A DNA stretch of 64,000 bases from Pseudothermotoga sp. (GCA_031962025.1 JAVRKW010000001.1); one strand, 5' to 3'; numbered from the stretch's first letter, positions 9,373 through 20,655 are shown. The notes: generated from the letters alone by a model not told the origin. Translations and numbers: made by a program.

Positions 9373-10893
9373 TCAGAGTTTTCTCATCAAGGATGAAGTA
9401 CTGTTGTACAATTCAAGAAAGATCTGGTAATACTTATCATATATTTTCTTTTTTTCCACATCTGGTTCAATGGCTTCTTTGAATTTGACCCAGTCCTTGA
9501 TTGCCTCTGGTCTGTCAATTACACCGGTCCCGAGACCGGCTAAGAACGCATCACCAAAGGGTGCTTCCACCAGACTCGCAACCTGACGCATTTTAAAACC
9601 GGTCACATCTGCAAAAATTCTCACCCAGAGATTTGACTTGGCGACACCACCTACGATCCAACATTCGTCATTGAGTTTTAATCCAGCCCTTATACCCTCT
9701 TCCATATTGTGTCTCAGAGCGTAAGCAGCTCCTTCCATCAAAGCCTTATAAAGATGAGCGCGACTGTGATAGAGACTGAGCCCAAAGATAACTCCCTTTG
9801 CAAACGGGTCCCAGATAGGCGATCTCTCACCCATGAAATATGGAAGCACAATTATACCATCGCTACCAGGTGCAATTTTTTCAGCTTCCCTGTCAAATAA
9901 CTGATACGGTGAGGTATTTATTCTTTCTGAAACCACAGTCTCGGATTCACCAAATTGTTCTTTGAACCATCTTGCAAGTGCTCCTGTAGTTGCTGAACCG
10001 CCGAAAGTATAAATGCGTTCGGTGTCGTAAACCACATATGGATAGCTCACCAAGTTAAAGGCAAGTTTACTTCCATCGTGCACCGTTCCCCAACAGGTGG
10101 ATGTTCCAACCATCGCCACGTGTTCTCCTTGTTCAAGAGCACCTGCGGAAAGTTGTGCAACCGGTGCATCGATACCTCCTGCTACAACTGGAGTGCCCTC
10201 GAGTAAACCGCACGACATCGCTGCTTTTTTTGTGATTTTACCAACCACATCTGATGATTTGACAATACGTTCAGGTAAATACTCCTTGGGAATGTTCAGT
10301 ACCTTACACATATGATCAGACCATGTGAGTTTTCTTATATCAAACAGACCACCTATATTACCAGCGGAGGAATAATCAATTGCCAGTTCGCCTGTCAACT
10401 GATATATGACAAAATCCTTCGGTGTGACAAATTTGTAGATTTTCTTCCAAACTTCAGGGACATTGTTTCTTATCCACATCATTTTTGGAAAACCGAAATA
10501 AGAATCAACATAATTTCCAGTTATGCCAAAGATTTCTTCCTTGGGTACATTTTCTTTGACCCACTGAGTTTCCTTTACAGCTCTTCTGTCCATCCATATC
10601 AGACAGGGATATAAAGCTTCCATGTTCTTATCAACAGGAATACCTGCTCCACCAAATAAACCACTAATGGCTACCCCGGCGATTTTGTTTCTGGACACCT
10701 TTGACCTTTCGATTATTTCCTTTATAGTTTCAAAGACTGCCCTGACCCATGGATCGGGCCATTGCTCAGCCCAATTGGGTTTTGGCTTTATGACATCATA
10801 TTCTCTTGAAGCCTCACAGATAACATGCCCCGATTCATCCACAATCACACTTTTTGTACCTTGCGTACCTATATCACTGCCTATCATGTACAT
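9373..10893 (-). CDS. FGGY family carbohydrate kinase (xylulokinase-like)
   Basis: GSDIGTQGTKS, WMDRRA, YFMGERSPIWD and VGGVAKS motifs; start uncertain (10893-10914). Confidence 0.88.
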   Translation of the reverse strand: MYMIGSDIGTQGTKSVIVDESGHVICEASREYDVIKPKPNWAEQWPDPWVRAVFETIKEIIERSKVSRNKIAGVAISGLFGGAGIPVDKNMEALYPCLIWMDRRAVKETQWVKENVPKEEIFGITGNYVDSYFGFPKMMWIRNNVPEVWKKIYKFVTPKDFVIYQLTGELAIDYSSAGNIGGLFDIRKLTWSDHMCKVLNIPKEYLPERIVKSSDVVGKITKKAAMSCGLLEGTPVVAGGIDAPVAQLSAGALEQGEHVAMVGTSTCWGTVHDGSKLAFNLVSYPYVVYDTERIYTFGGSATTGALARWFKEQFGESETVVSERINTSPYQLFDREAEKIAPGSDGIIVLPYFMGERSPIWDPFAKGVIFGLSLYHSRAHLYKALMEGAAYALRHNMEEGIRAGLKLNDECWIVGGVAKSNLWVRIFADVTGFKMRQVASLVEAPFGDAFLAGLGTGVIDRPEAIKDWVKFKEAIEPDVEKKKIYDKYYQIFLELYNSTSSLMRKL

Positions 10894-11050
10894 AACCATA
10901 CCCCCTAATGGCAATCACAACAATCAGCTATTGCGGAAATATATCCTTCAGATTTAAAAAGGTACGTACATTATTTTACGCTCATTTCAAGGACCAATCA
11001 AGTTTACAACCAATTATTGTAAAATTTGAAAGGAGGGACTTTTTGACAAT

Positions 11051-11827
11051 ATGAGCTCGATAATTGCTGGGATATTGATCGGTATGGCTAATCTTGTACC
11101 TGGAATCAGCGGTGGAACAGTTGCTGTTGTGCTCGGAGTCTATGAAAAATTGATAAAAGCTATCGCTGATTTAGTCAGATTCAGATTGAACAGAGATCAA
11201 TTCAACTTCATCATAATGGTTGGTGCTGGGATCTTGATCGCGCTTTTATTGGGTTCTAAATTGATGAGTACAGCACTGAGTAAGGCTGCTGGGTTTACTT
11301 ATGCCGCTTTTTTTGGGCTTGTTCTTGGTACAGTTCCTTTTTTGTTCAAAAAACTTGGCAGATTAGAATTTGCCTACATTCTTGCTGGAATCGTTCTTTT
11401 TATATTCGTTGAAAATATCAGATTCTCTGTGAAAATTTCTTCGGCACTCCTGCCACTAACTGGTTTTGTTGCGGCGTTTGCAATGGTTATGCCCGGCTTG
11501 AGTGGATCACTTGTTATGCTCATTTTTGGAGTGTATGAAAAGATAATAAATGCCGTTAGTGTACTGAATTTTTCTGTATTGATTCCATTTGGTGTAGGTG
11601 CTGTTGTTGGTATAATTGTTTGTGTGTTTTTTATGAAATATCTGTTTGAAAGATTTCCCAGCCAGACGAGGAATTTCGTTCTTGGATTGGTGATGGCATC
11701 GCTTTTAAAAATACAGCCATTCGATAAACAAACTTTCAGCTGGTATGGGTATCTTGTATTGTTTTGTATAATATTTGTTAGCTTTCTTTTCTCTGTGTGG
11801 TTTACAAAAAGTGCAAAGCAGTTGTGA
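11051..11827 (+). CDS. DUF368 family membrane protein
   Basis: GMANLVPGISGGTVA repeated as AMVMPGLSGS. Confidence 0.85.
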   Translation: MSSIIAGILIGMANLVPGISGGTVAVVLGVYEKLIKAIADLVRFRLNRDQFNFIIMVGAGILIALLLGSKLMSTALSKAAGFTYAAFFGLVLGTVPFLFKKLGRLEFAYILAGIVLFIFVENIRFSVKISSALLPLTGFVAAFAMVMPGLSGSLVMLIFGVYEKIINAVSVLNFSVLIPFGVGAVVGIIVCVFFMKYLFERFPSQTRNFVLGLVMASLLKIQPFDKQTFSWYGYLVLFCIIFVSFLFSVWFTKSAKQL

Positions 11828-11864
11828 ATTGAGTTATGATATAATGTGAATCTGAAAGGAGGGG

Positions 11865-12596
11865 TTGAGAGTGAAGTTAACAGGTTGGTTTTTGATTTTT
11901 TTACTCCTGCTCACCAATTTTGTTTGTGCCAGAATTGTGACTGTCGGAACGAGTGCTGATTTTCCGCCATTTGAGTATATTGACAATGGACAATTCGTTG
12001 GCTTCGACATGGATCTAATGCGTGAGATTGCAAAACTGGCTGATTTTGAACTGAAGTTTGTCGATATGAGTTTTGATTCTTTGATACCGGCACTCAGGGC
12101 TGGACAGGTTGACGTAGTTGCCGCAGCCATGACGATAACCGATGAACGCAGGCAAGTGGTAGATTTCTCAATTCCATACTGGACTGCAGATCAAAGCATC
12201 ATAGTGAAGGCAGATAGTGGTTTGACCATAACTGTTCTGTTTCAAAAAGGCAGGATAGGAGTCCAGACGGGCACGACAGCAGATCTGTGGTGCACCGACA
12301 ACTTGGTGGGTAAAGGGTTACTCGCCGAAAAAAATTTGAAGCGCTACGATACCTTTGTACTTGCTCTGAGTGATCTTCTCAATGGAAACATCGATGCAAT
12401 TGTTCTGGATTCTCCTGTAGCCAATAGATTTGCAGCCACAAAGCCCGTCAAAGTCGTGGGTATCATCGTTACGGGGGAGCAGTACGGGATAGCGGTGAAG
12501 AAAGGGAACAAAGAGTTGCTGGATAAAATCAACAGTGCCATAAGAGTTTTGAATGAAACGGGAAAGATGTCAGAGTTGATAGACAAGTATTTTTGA
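11865..12596 (+). CDS. Polar amino acid ABC transporter substrate-binding protein
   Basis: VGTSADFPPFEY, GFDMDL and MTITDER motifs. Confidence 0.92.
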   Translation: MRVKLTGWFLIFLLLLTNFVCARIVTVGTSADFPPFEYIDNGQFVGFDMDLMREIAKLADFELKFVDMSFDSLIPALRAGQVDVVAAAMTITDERRQVVDFSIPYWTADQSIIVKADSGLTITVLFQKGRIGVQTGTTADLWCTDNLVGKGLLAEKNLKRYDTFVLALSDLLNGNIDAIVLDSPVANRFAATKPVKVVGIIVTGEQYGIAVKKGNKELLDKINSAIRVLNETGKMSELIDKYF

Positions 12597-12627
12597 TCAA
12601 GTGGGGGGTTAAACAGTAGAAAAGTTA

Positions 12628-13293
12628 TTGTTGGTCGTTAATTCTTTACCTATACTTCTCAAGGGCACACTGGTCACTGTTGAGTTGACGGCGCTTGGTT
12701 TAGCGCTAGGTTTTGTGATTGCAGTACCAGTCAGTTTTGCTCAGGTTTATGGTGGCCGTGTTGCCCGTTTTGTCTGCTCTTTGTATGAAAGAACTTTCAG
12801 GAGTATTCCACTGCTTGTGCTGTTGATGTTGATTTTCTATGGTCTTCCAGAGATCGGGATCAGGTTCGCTCCGTTTTTTTCCTGTGTTCTTGGTTTGGGA
12901 ATAAGAAGTTCTGCTTATCAATCACAAATTTTCAGAGGAGCAATTCTTTCGGTTGGAAAGGGACAGACTTTAGCTGCTCTGTCGATTGGGATGACTCCGT
13001 TTGAGAGCTTCAGGTATATAGTTTTCCCACAGGCTTTGAGGTTTTCCATTGCCCCTTGGACAAATGAGTTCACGGTGGTTCTGAAAGATTCATCCATGGC
13101 TTATGCACTTGGAGTGGTGGAACTACTCAGGCAGGGAAGCTATATCATTTCGACGACTTACGAGCCAATGGTTATTTTTCTCACCTGTGCAGCTATATAT
13201 CTTGTAATGACCCTAACGGCAAACAAATTGATGGGATACATAGAAAAAAAATTACAGATACCCGGTTTTGAAACTAAGGGGGTTTCACATTGA
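12628..13293 (+). CDS. Polar amino acid ABC permease
   Basis: [18 protein letters not shown] and LKDSS motifs. Confidence 0.9.
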   Translation: MLVVNSLPILLKGTLVTVELTALGLALGFVIAVPVSFAQVYGGRVARFVCSLYERTFRSIPLLVLLMLIFYGLPEIGIRFAPFFSCVLGLGIRSSAYQSQIFRGAILSVGKGQTLAALSIGMTPFESFRYIVFPQALRFSIAPWTNEFTVVLKDSSMAYALGVVELLRQGSYIISTTYEPMVIFLTCAAIYLVMTLTANKLMGYIEKKLQIPGFETKGVSH

Positions 13294-14045
13294 CTGAGGT
13301 CGTTCTGAAAGTGGAAGATTTAAAGAAGAGTTATGGTAAAAACGAGATCCTCAAAGGTATCTCACTTGAGGTAAGAAAGGGTGAAACCAAGGTCATAATA
13401 GGACCAAGCGGGACGGGTAAAAGCACGCTGCTCGCTTGCATAAATAGATTGATAGAACCAGATCACGGCAGAGTTTTACTTGAAGGTGAAGAGATAACCT
13501 CACGAAACGCACACAAAATGAGACAAAAAATAGGATATGTCTTTCAAGATTTCAATCTGTTCAATCATCTTACAGCACTTGATAATGTGAGAATAGGTTT
13601 GATAAAGGTTCAGAAACTTTCGAAAGATGAAGCAACACAGATTGCACTGGAACAGCTGTCAAAAGTTGGACTTTCACAAAAAGCGAACCTTTATCCTTCA
13701 CAACTATCTGGTGGTCAAAAACAGCGTGTGGCAATAGCAAGAGCACTCGCAATGAGACCTAAGCTCATGCTCTTTGATGAGCCAACATCAGCACTTGACC
13801 CAGAACTTATTGGTGAAGTTCTTTCGGTGATGATTGACCTTGCAAGATCTGGTATGACCATGCTGGTCGTCACACATGAACTTGGGTTTGCAAGGACTGT
13901 TGCAGATGAAATCATTTTCATGGAAAACGGTTTGATTGTTGAGCAAGGACCGCCATCTTTGATATTCACCAGTCCCAAAAAAGATAGAACAAAACAATTT
14001 CTCAAAAAACTCACCGAACTTTATGGAGAGGAAAAGATCAAATGA
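13290..14045 (+). CDS. Polar amino acid ABC ATP-binding protein (GlnQ-like)
   Basis: [16 protein letters not shown] and [10 protein letters not shown] motifs. Confidence 0.92.
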   Translation: MTEVVLKVEDLKKSYGKNEILKGISLEVRKGETKVIIGPSGTGKSTLLACINRLIEPDHGRVLLEGEEITSRNAHKMRQKIGYVFQDFNLFNHLTALDNVRIGLIKVQKLSKDEATQIALEQLSKVGLSQKANLYPSQLSGGQKQRVAIARALAMRPKLMLFDEPTSALDPELIGEVLSVMIDLARSGMTMLVVTHELGFARTVADEIIFMENGLIVEQGPPSLIFTSPKKDRTKQFLKKLTELYGEEKIK

Positions 14046-14713
14046 GCTTGTGGCAGATAACACTCATTTCGATGCCAAAACTTTTTCAAGGTTTGGCAGT
14101 GACTTTGTATATGACCGTTTTTGCGGCATTGGCTGGTTTGGTCCTTGGAATTGTGTTGTGTTTGGGTAGAGTCTACGGCAACAAATTTGCGAGTTTGCTC
14201 AGTACAGGTTTTATCGAATTGATACGTGGTACGCCCATGCTGGTTCAGCTTTTTATACTTTATTATGGCTTACCAGTCTACGGTATTAGATTGACACCTC
14301 TTGTTGCTGCTCTGATAGGTTTTTCTATCAACAGTGCAGCATACCAGGCTGAGTATTTGAGAGGGTCAATTCAGTCGATCGGAACAGGTCAGATGAAAGC
14401 GGCGTTGTCAATAGGAATGAAAAAATGGCAGGCAGTGAGATATATAATTCTTCCTCAGGCACTTAGACGAGTCATACCAGCCTGGACAAATGAGTTCATC
14501 TACCTGTTGAAGTATACTTCCATGGCTTACATAATTGGCGCACCGGAGATGATGGCTCAGGCAAAGTTTATAGCAAGCAGGAATTTTGAATTTTTCAAGG
14601 TTTATTTGCTCACCGCCGCTGTTTATTTATCGATTGTCTGGACTATGTCCTTTGCTTTTTCATACCTGGAAAGGAAATTGCGAATACCCGGGACTGCGAT
14701 AACAGAAAGATAG
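14042..14713 (+). CDS. Polar amino acid ABC permease
   Basis: IRGTPMLVQ and [10 protein letters not shown] motifs. Confidence 0.9.
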   Translation: MSLWQITLISMPKLFQGLAVTLYMTVFAALAGLVLGIVLCLGRVYGNKFASLLSTGFIELIRGTPMLVQLFILYYGLPVYGIRLTPLVAALIGFSINSAAYQAEYLRGSIQSIGTGQMKAALSIGMKKWQAVRYIILPQALRRVIPAWTNEFIYLLKYTSMAYIIGAPEMMAQAKFIASRNFEFFKVYLLTAAVYLSIVWTMSFAFSYLERKLRIPGTAITER

Positions 14714-14714
14714 T

Positions 14715-15164
14715 TCAACCAAGTACCTGCTTTAACACAGATGGTTCTATTCTGAAAACCGAACCCTTTCCCTGCAAAAAATGGTGTTTCTCAAACAGGT
14801 GGATTGATAGCTCACTGAGATTGATTTCAGCTCCATTTTTTACGTTTTTCACATGAATTAATCTTTTTCTGAAAATTCCATCTTTGAATGGACATGGGAT
14901 AAAACCACGAGCCTCGTAAATACTCACTTCCCACGTGTTGTCAACCAGTACTGTTTCCCCAAGTCCTTTAATCGCTGCATCAAGCAACTTTTTCATCCAG
15001 AGTGCAACCTTTTCAAAATCCAGCCCCAGTTGATTCATCATCTGCTCATCTTCTTCAATTATCTGAACCAGGTCGCGTTTATCTTCACCTAAAAACCCTA
15101 CAGAACTTATCACACCCGGTTGCATGTTCTTTTGTGCCTGTATATACTCTGGAGACATCTTCAT
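14715..15164 (-). CDS. Hypothetical protein, last gene of the nqr-like operon
   Basis: 149 aa, RBS gaggtgg, 12 nt after the nqrF-like stop; RGFIPCPF and HHFLQG motifs. Confidence 0.75.
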   Translation of the reverse strand: MKMSPEYIQAQKNMQPGVISSVGFLGEDKRDLVQIIEEDEQMMNQLGLDFEKVALWMKKLLDAAIKGLGETVLVDNTWEVSIYEARGFIPCPFKDGIFRKRLIHVKNVKNGAEINLSELSIHLFEKHHFLQGKGSVFRIEPSVLKQVLG

Positions 15165-15176
15165 CTGACCACCTCG

Positions 15177-16292
15177 TCATGCAAATTTGTCATAGTATAT
15201 CTTTTCCTGTGGTATACCGTTGTCTTTCATGACCTGAACGCAGGCATTTATCATCCCTGGACTACCACACAGATAACCTTCTTTTGCCTTGGAACGATCT
15301 ATTATTTGCTTGAGGTATTTGTCCAGTACTTCTGTTATCAGACCTTTTTCACCGGTCCAGTTGTCTTCTACGAGTGGGTTTGAGAGAGCTGGTATGAAAT
15401 GAAAATTGCTCCATTTTTTTTCGAGTTCCTGAAAAAGATCGACATAAAACAGATCTTTTAAAGATCTTGCTCCAAAAAAGTACCAGATTTCGCGGTTGTT
15501 GATGTGTTTTTCATACAGGTCAAAGATAATAGACTTCAGCGGTGCCATGCCAGAACCGCCAGCAACACAGATCATCATTGCATCAGTATCTCTGGCATAA
15601 AACTCTCCAAACGGTCCTGTAAATTCCACTATTTCATTTTCTTTCATGTAATTGTGCACGTAAGTTGTTGCCGCACCACCGGGCACAAGCCTTATCAGAA
15701 GTTCTATTTTGTCTTTCTGGCTTGGCACGGAAGATATCGAATATGCCCTTTGGGTAACCTGATTGATCTTGTCATAAGGTGGTATCGACAGCTGAATATA
15801 CTGACCCGCTTTGAAGTCAATTGCCTGAGGTTCTATGAGTTTCAGTGTTATCTCTTTTATATCATAGGTGACGTTTTTTATTTTTTCGACGGTGGCTTTG
15901 AACTTCTTGGCAAACAGAAGTTCTTCTGGAATTTCTATTTCTAAGTCTTTTTTGACTTTGATCTGACAGGAAAGTCTGATATTTTCTTTCATCTGCTCCT
16001 TTGAGATATAAGGTATTTCAGTGGGAAGATACGGTCCAACATCACTTAGGATTTTTACTTTGCACACTCCGCAGCTACCTCGTCCCCCACAGGCTGATGG
16101 GACAAATATTCCCTTCGACGCGAGAGTAAAAAGAAGTGGTGACCCGCCCTTTGCTTCTATAGTCTTTCGCTTGTTGATGGTGATTTTAACCTGCCCGTAG
16201 TTATTCACAAAGGTATCGACTATCATTATGGTGGCAGATAAAAGAGTGCTAATTAAAGAAACAACGAGTACGCTTATCAAAACAGATAACAT
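15177..16292 (-). CDS. nqrF: NqrF-like 2Fe-2S/FAD/NAD(P) oxidoreductase subunit
   Basis: N-terminal TM helix, SACGGRGSCGVC, RLSCQ, RAYS, GPFGEF, AGGSGMAP, YLCG and terminal DKFA. Confidence 0.85.
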   Translation of the reverse strand: MLSVLISVLVVSLISTLLSATIMIVDTFVNNYGQVKITINKRKTIEAKGGSPLLFTLASKGIFVPSACGGRGSCGVCKVKILSDVGPYLPTEIPYISKEQMKENIRLSCQIKVKKDLEIEIPEELLFAKKFKATVEKIKNVTYDIKEITLKLIEPQAIDFKAGQYIQLSIPPYDKINQVTQRAYSISSVPSQKDKIELLIRLVPGGAATTYVHNYMKENEIVEFTGPFGEFYARDTDAMMICVAGGSGMAPLKSIIFDLYEKHINNREIWYFFGARSLKDLFYVDLFQELEKKWSNFHFIPALSNPLVEDNWTGEKGLITEVLDKYLKQIIDRSKAKEGYLCGSPGMINACVQVMKDNGIPQEKIYYDKFA

Positions 16293-16301
16293 TTTTTCAC
16301 C

Positions 16302-16889
16302 TCACTGAATCTGTATCATTCCAGAAAAACCTATGAATGCCATTGCCATAATGCCAATCGTTATGAAAGTGAGGCCAGTTCCTTTTAGACCTGCTGGTAC
16401 TGGTGCATTGTCCGTCCTTTTTCTGATTGCCGCCAGAAGAACTATTGCAAGCCACCAGCCAATGCCTGAACCCAATCCGTAAAACAGAGATTGCAGCATC
16501 GAATAATTTCTCAGTTGCATGAAGAGCGTTACGCCAAGTATTGCACAGTTTACGGTGATCAGGGGTAGGAAAATGCCCAAGGTTATGTAAAGCGAAGGTG
16601 ATAATCTGTCTATTATCATTTCCAAAATCTGCACTACAGCAGCTATGACAAGTATGAAAATTATGTACCTCAAATACTCCAGACCGAATGGCACAATGAT
16701 GTAATGATACACAAACCAGTTCATCACTGTCGTGATAGTCATGACAAAAGTGACAGCCATTCCAAGCCCGTTTGATGATTTCAAATCCTTTGATATTGAA
16801 ATGTAAGAACACATGCCCAGAAAATTGTTCAGCAGAATATTACTTGTGAAGATAGATGCAAAAAGCAGAACTATTGGATTCACACTCAT
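16302..16889 (-). CDS. nqrE: NqrE/RnfA family membrane subunit
   Basis: FLGMC and GIFLPLITVNCAILG motifs. Confidence 0.82.
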   Translation of the reverse strand: MSVNPIVLLFASIFTSNILLNNFLGMCSYISISKDLKSSNGLGMAVTFVMTITTVMNWFVYHYIIVPFGLEYLRYIIFILVIAAVVQILEMIIDRLSPSLYITLGIFLPLITVNCAILGVTLFMQLRNYSMLQSLFYGLGSGIGWWLAIVLLAAIRKRTDNAPVPAGLKGTGLTFITIGIMAMAFIGFSGMIQIQ

Positions 16890-17491
16890 TTCTTTTCACC
16901 CGCCTTGAGAAATATAGATCTTACTACCCACATGAGTATCGCGACTATGAAAAAGGCGCTGGGTGCCATGACCATGATAGTCCACGGTGTAAAACCCTCT
17001 GGCATGACACGAATGTTGAAAATTGTTCCAAAACCGAGCAGTTCACGAATAAACGCTATGATCATCAAAACTAATGCATAACCGGCACCGGCTGTGAGAC
17101 CATCCCAGAGAGAAATCAGAGGGCTATTTGCCTGAGCAAATGCTTCAGCACGCCCCATGATTATGCAATTGGTGATAATCAATCCCACGTATGGTCCGAG
17201 TGCCTTGCTCACCTCAGGCAAATATGCACGCAATATGATGTCAACAATTATCACGAAAAATGCAATTATGAGAGTTTCGACCATCATTCTCACTTTACGG
17301 GGTATGTATTCTTTGATCAAAGAAACTGTAAGACTGGACAATCCTGTTACCAGAGTGACACCAGTTGCCATTATCAGGGTGTTTCTCAGATTATTTGTAA
17401 CCGCAAGAGTTGAGCAGATACCAAGTACCTGGATCAGGATCTGGTTTTCCCTGAACAAATTATTTTTAGAGATCTTTGCAAACTGACTCAT
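16886..17491 (-). CDS. nqrD: NqrD/RnfE family membrane subunit
   Basis: QVLGICSTLAVT and VGLIITNCIIMGRAEAFA motifs. Confidence 0.85.
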   Translation of the reverse strand: MSQFAKISKNNLFRENQILIQVLGICSTLAVTNNLRNTLIMATGVTLVTGLSSLTVSLIKEYIPRKVRMMVETLIIAFFVIIVDIILRAYLPEVSKALGPYVGLIITNCIIMGRAEAFAQANSPLISLWDGLTAGAGYALVLMIIAFIRELLGFGTIFNIRVMPEGFTPWTIMVMAPSAFFIVAILMWVVRSIFLKAGEKK

Positions 17492-18096
17492 CTTTGCACC
17501 CCCAAAATGTTACGCAGTATTGTCAAATGACTGTTAATTATTCTTTCTATGGATTTGGAAGTCTGTGTTGCACCGGTGATGGCATCCACCTTGCCATTTT
17601 CATGGTCAAAATCACCGTTACCACCTGTCTCTACAGTTATCATGCCATTGCGCAATTTTTCAGAACGAAACTGATTCTTGAACCATTCTTCTTCTATGCG
17701 ACCACCAAGACCAGGTGTTTCCGCTTGTGAGATGAACTCTATTCCAATGATTTTTTCGACATTTTCATCGACCGCCAGAAAACCCGATATGCTGCTCCAA
17801 AGGCCACTACCGGTGAAGATTATTCCATAAGCAGTTTGTGTGCCAGAAACTGTGTAATACAGATCAACATCATTTACTTTTCTGATTTTCACGAGTTTTT
17901 CAAACATCGACATAGCTTGCTGATCGTTGCTGTATTCAATGCCGAAAGCCTTCAAAATCGCTTTTATTTTGAACAAATTTTCGTTATCTTTAACTTTTTG
18001 AATTGTCGACGCATTGAGCAGAGCCAGTAAAAATACAAATGTGAAAGTTATGATGAAACTGAAAAATATCGTGTAAAATCTGGTTTCCCTGTTCAT
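17488..18096 (-). CDS. nqrC: NqrC/RnfG FMN-binding subunit
   Basis: GSGLWS, ETPGLG and VDAITGAT covalent FMN motif. Confidence 0.82.
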   Translation of the reverse strand: MNRETRFYTIFFSFIITFTFVFLLALLNASTIQKVKDNENLFKIKAILKAFGIEYSNDQQAMSMFEKLVKIRKVNDVDLYYTVSGTQTAYGIIFTGSGLWSSISGFLAVDENVEKIIGIEFISQAETPGLGGRIEEEWFKNQFRSEKLRNGMITVETGGNGDFDHENGKVDAITGATQTSKSIERIINSHLTILRNILGVQR

Positions 18097-18968
18097 TGTT
18101 TCACCTTCTTTGAAAACAACTCATCAAGAAGTGAAGCGAATGTATTGCCAACAAGAACACCAAAACTCGTGCCTTCTGAAAACAGGGAAAAATTCCTTAT
18201 CAATACTGTACACACTCCGATGATTACTCCATAAATCCACTGAGAAGTGCTCTTTTTTGGTGCACTAACCGGATCTGTAGCCATGAAAACTGTCACAAAA
18301 AGAAAGCTCCCGGACAAAAGCATCTGTAAGGGCGAAGGACCTGAGCCTATCAAATTCAGGAAAAACGTCAGAATGGTCGCAGAAAGAAAAGTGGAGATGA
18401 TTATTCGAAAATTAGCTGTTTTGGTGACCATCAGGTAAATCGCCGCTGCTATTATCAAAAATATACAGCTTTCCCCAATTGAGCCTGCCCTGACTCCAAA
18501 AAAAAGATCTTTCAAATTGACATTCTGTCCGCTTTTGAGAAGATCAAGAGGAGTTGCAGATGTCACTATATCAGTTCTTGGCACTAACCATCGACTTGTC
18601 ATGGCTACGGGAAAAGAAATATAGATGAAAAGCCTTCCAACAATCGCTGGATTGAAGATGTTCCTTCCAAAACCTCCGTATACTTCTTTTGCAAAAAAGA
18701 CCCCAAAAAACGAACCCACAACAGCAATCCACCATGGAGTCAATGGAGGTAACGACAGTAATAAAAGTGAACAGGTCACCAGAACAGCTTCGCTTACAGG
18801 TTTCTTTTTCTGCTTTTCCATTACATATTCCGTAACAATACCGGTGGCAAACACGAAAATTCCAAGCCACAAAACTCTCAATCCATAAAGATAAAAAGAA
18901 AAAATATAGATGGGTATGAGTGAATACAAGACTTTTCTCATAAGAGGTTGTTTTTGAAAAAAGGTCAA
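18093..18968 (-). CDS. nqrB: NqrB/RnfD membrane subunit
   Basis: KEVYGGFGRNIFNPA, TSATPL, GSIGES and FMATDPVSAP motifs. Confidence 0.82.
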   Translation of the reverse strand: MTFFQKQPLMRKVLYSLIPIYIFSFYLYGLRVLWLGIFVFATGIVTEYVMEKQKKKPVSEAVLVTCSLLLLSLPPLTPWWIAVVGSFFGVFFAKEVYGGFGRNIFNPAIVGRLFIYISFPVAMTSRWLVPRTDIVTSATPLDLLKSGQNVNLKDLFFGVRAGSIGESCIFLIIAAAIYLMVTKTANFRIIISTFLSATILTFFLNLIGSGPSPLQMLLSGSFLFVTVFMATDPVSAPKKSTSQWIYGVIIGVCTVLIRNFSLFSEGTSFGVLVGNTFASLLDELFSKKVKQ

Positions 18969-19013
18969 GTTTTATCTCCCCCCAGCTCTGGTTTTTCACT
19001 TAAAATTATAAAT

Positions 19014-19045
19014 AAAAACTGAGAGGTTTGCACCTCTCAGTTTTT
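19014..19045 (-). terminator. Rho-independent terminator of the 5'-nucleotidase gene
   Basis: aaaaactgagaggt-ttgc-acctctcagttttt. Confidence 0.85.
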
Positions 19046-19057
19046 AAAAATATTCCA

Positions 19058-20608
19058 TCACTGTCTGATATATCTTGGTTGAGAATCGTAGTCCTGCACA
19101 ACACCTTTGAGGACTTGTTGGATATACTGTGCCAGAACACTGTCCATTGTAAATCCTGTGTCGTATCCAGGCAGTTCCTTCAGCATAGTATAGCCATCTC
19201 CACCCTGCGCCATGTAATTATTCGTGACAACTGTATACACTCTGTTGGGATCCAATGGTTCTCCGTTGATCTTTGCTTCGACTACTTTATCCTGTTCACT
19301 CTTCCATGTCAATCCACCTGTTTGCAGGAAAGCACCCTGTCCTTCCTTGATCGTGGCAGCATATTGAAGTACTTCCAAAAGCTGAGCTCCGGTCATTTTA
19401 ATCACATACAGGGTATTCCCAAAAGGTAAAACTGTGAGAACATCTCTGATTGTTATTTTGCCGGGTTTTATCGAGGCTCTAATTCCACCACCATTGGTCA
19501 ATGCCAGATCTGCATTTACTTTCCAGATCATGGAATCACATATCATGTTTGCAAGATTCGTGCTTTTTGATCTGACGTTTGCTCTTTCTCCGTCAAGCAT
19601 TATTTTGGTTTCACCAATAACCGTATCGAGCTTTTCGCTTCCAAGGGACTTGAAATAGCTTAGAACTGTTTTTACATAGAAATTCTCTTCGTATGGTTTG
19701 TCGACAAATTCATAGATATCCTTACCTTCAGCATCCTTACCTTTGTAGACTTTCAGATTAACTGGGATTGGTTTCCAGCTCCAGGCAACTATTTTTCCAT
19801 TTTCAATATCAAGGTCCAATCTTCCGACGTATTTCCCCCATTCGAAAGCCTGTGCGATAATCGTGTTGTTTACAAATTGAGCCTTTTCGAATTTCGTATG
19901 ACTGTGCCCATCGATTATCACATCGATACCATCTACAAGTTGAGCCAGCTGTTTACTTGTAGTCTTACCTTCCCCTTCAGGTTCCCATCCCAAATGAGAC
20001 AGGGCGACAATCACATCTGCTTTTGCTCTCATTTCCGGTAGTAAGGCTTTACTTACCTGAACGGCATTTGCAAATGTTGCACCATTGAGATAAATTGGCT
20101 CAAGGATAGCGGTTTCCTCGGTTGTAAGACCGAATATTGCTACTTTTAAATCCCCGAAATCTTTGATTATATAGGGTTTGACTTTGATGATTCCTTCCGG
20201 ATCGGTGAAATTGGCAGATACGAATGGAAAGTTAGCAAGTGCTATTTGTTTTGCAAGAACATTTTTGGGTTTGTCAAATTCATGGTTTCCAAAGGTCGCA
20301 GCATCGAGTTTCATGAGATTGAGGGCGACTATGTCAGGTGCTGCATCCAGTTGATCTGATTCAGGTACACCGGTGTTTATATCTCCGGCATGCAAGAAGA
20401 GCACATGTCCGCCCTGTGATTCTACTTCTTTTCTAACTTCTTCCACAATTGTTGCTATTGCCGCAAAACCACCGATGTTGGGGTTGTTCGTTTCGCTGAA
20501 ACTCCAGGCATGACCATGAGTGTCGTTGATGTGCAGGATGGTCAATTTGGTTGCAAAACTCAAAATTGCCACCAAGACCAGCAAAACCGTTAAAATCTTT
20601 TTCACCAA
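19058..20608 (-). CDS. 5'-nucleotidase / UDP-sugar hydrolase (UshA-like)
   Basis: Signal peptide; HINDTHG, AGD, GNHEFD, GHSH and NGGGIRA motifs. Confidence 0.92.
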   Translation of the reverse strand: MVKKILTVLLVLVAILSFATKLTILHINDTHGHAWSFSETNNPNIGGFAAIATIVEEVRKEVESQGGHVLFLHAGDINTGVPESDQLDAAPDIVALNLMKLDAATFGNHEFDKPKNVLAKQIALANFPFVSANFTDPEGIIKVKPYIIKDFGDLKVAIFGLTTEETAILEPIYLNGATFANAVQVSKALLPEMRAKADVIVALSHLGWEPEGEGKTTSKQLAQLVDGIDVIIDGHSHTKFEKAQFVNNTIIAQAFEWGKYVGRLDLDIENGKIVAWSWKPIPVNLKVYKGKDAEGKDIYEFVDKPYEENFYVKTVLSYFKSLGSEKLDTVIGETKIMLDGERANVRSKSTNLANMICDSMIWKVNADLALTNGGGIRASIKPGKITIRDVLTVLPFGNTLYVIKMTGAQLLEVLQYAATIKEGQGAFLQTGGLTWKSEQDKVVEAKINGEPLDPNRVYTVVTNNYMAQGGDGYTMLKELPGYDTGFTMDSVLAQYIQQVLKGVVQDYDSQPRYIRQ

Positions 20609-20655
20609 GACCAGCCTCCTTTCGACAACAAAATTTTACTACACCCAAGGTTATT

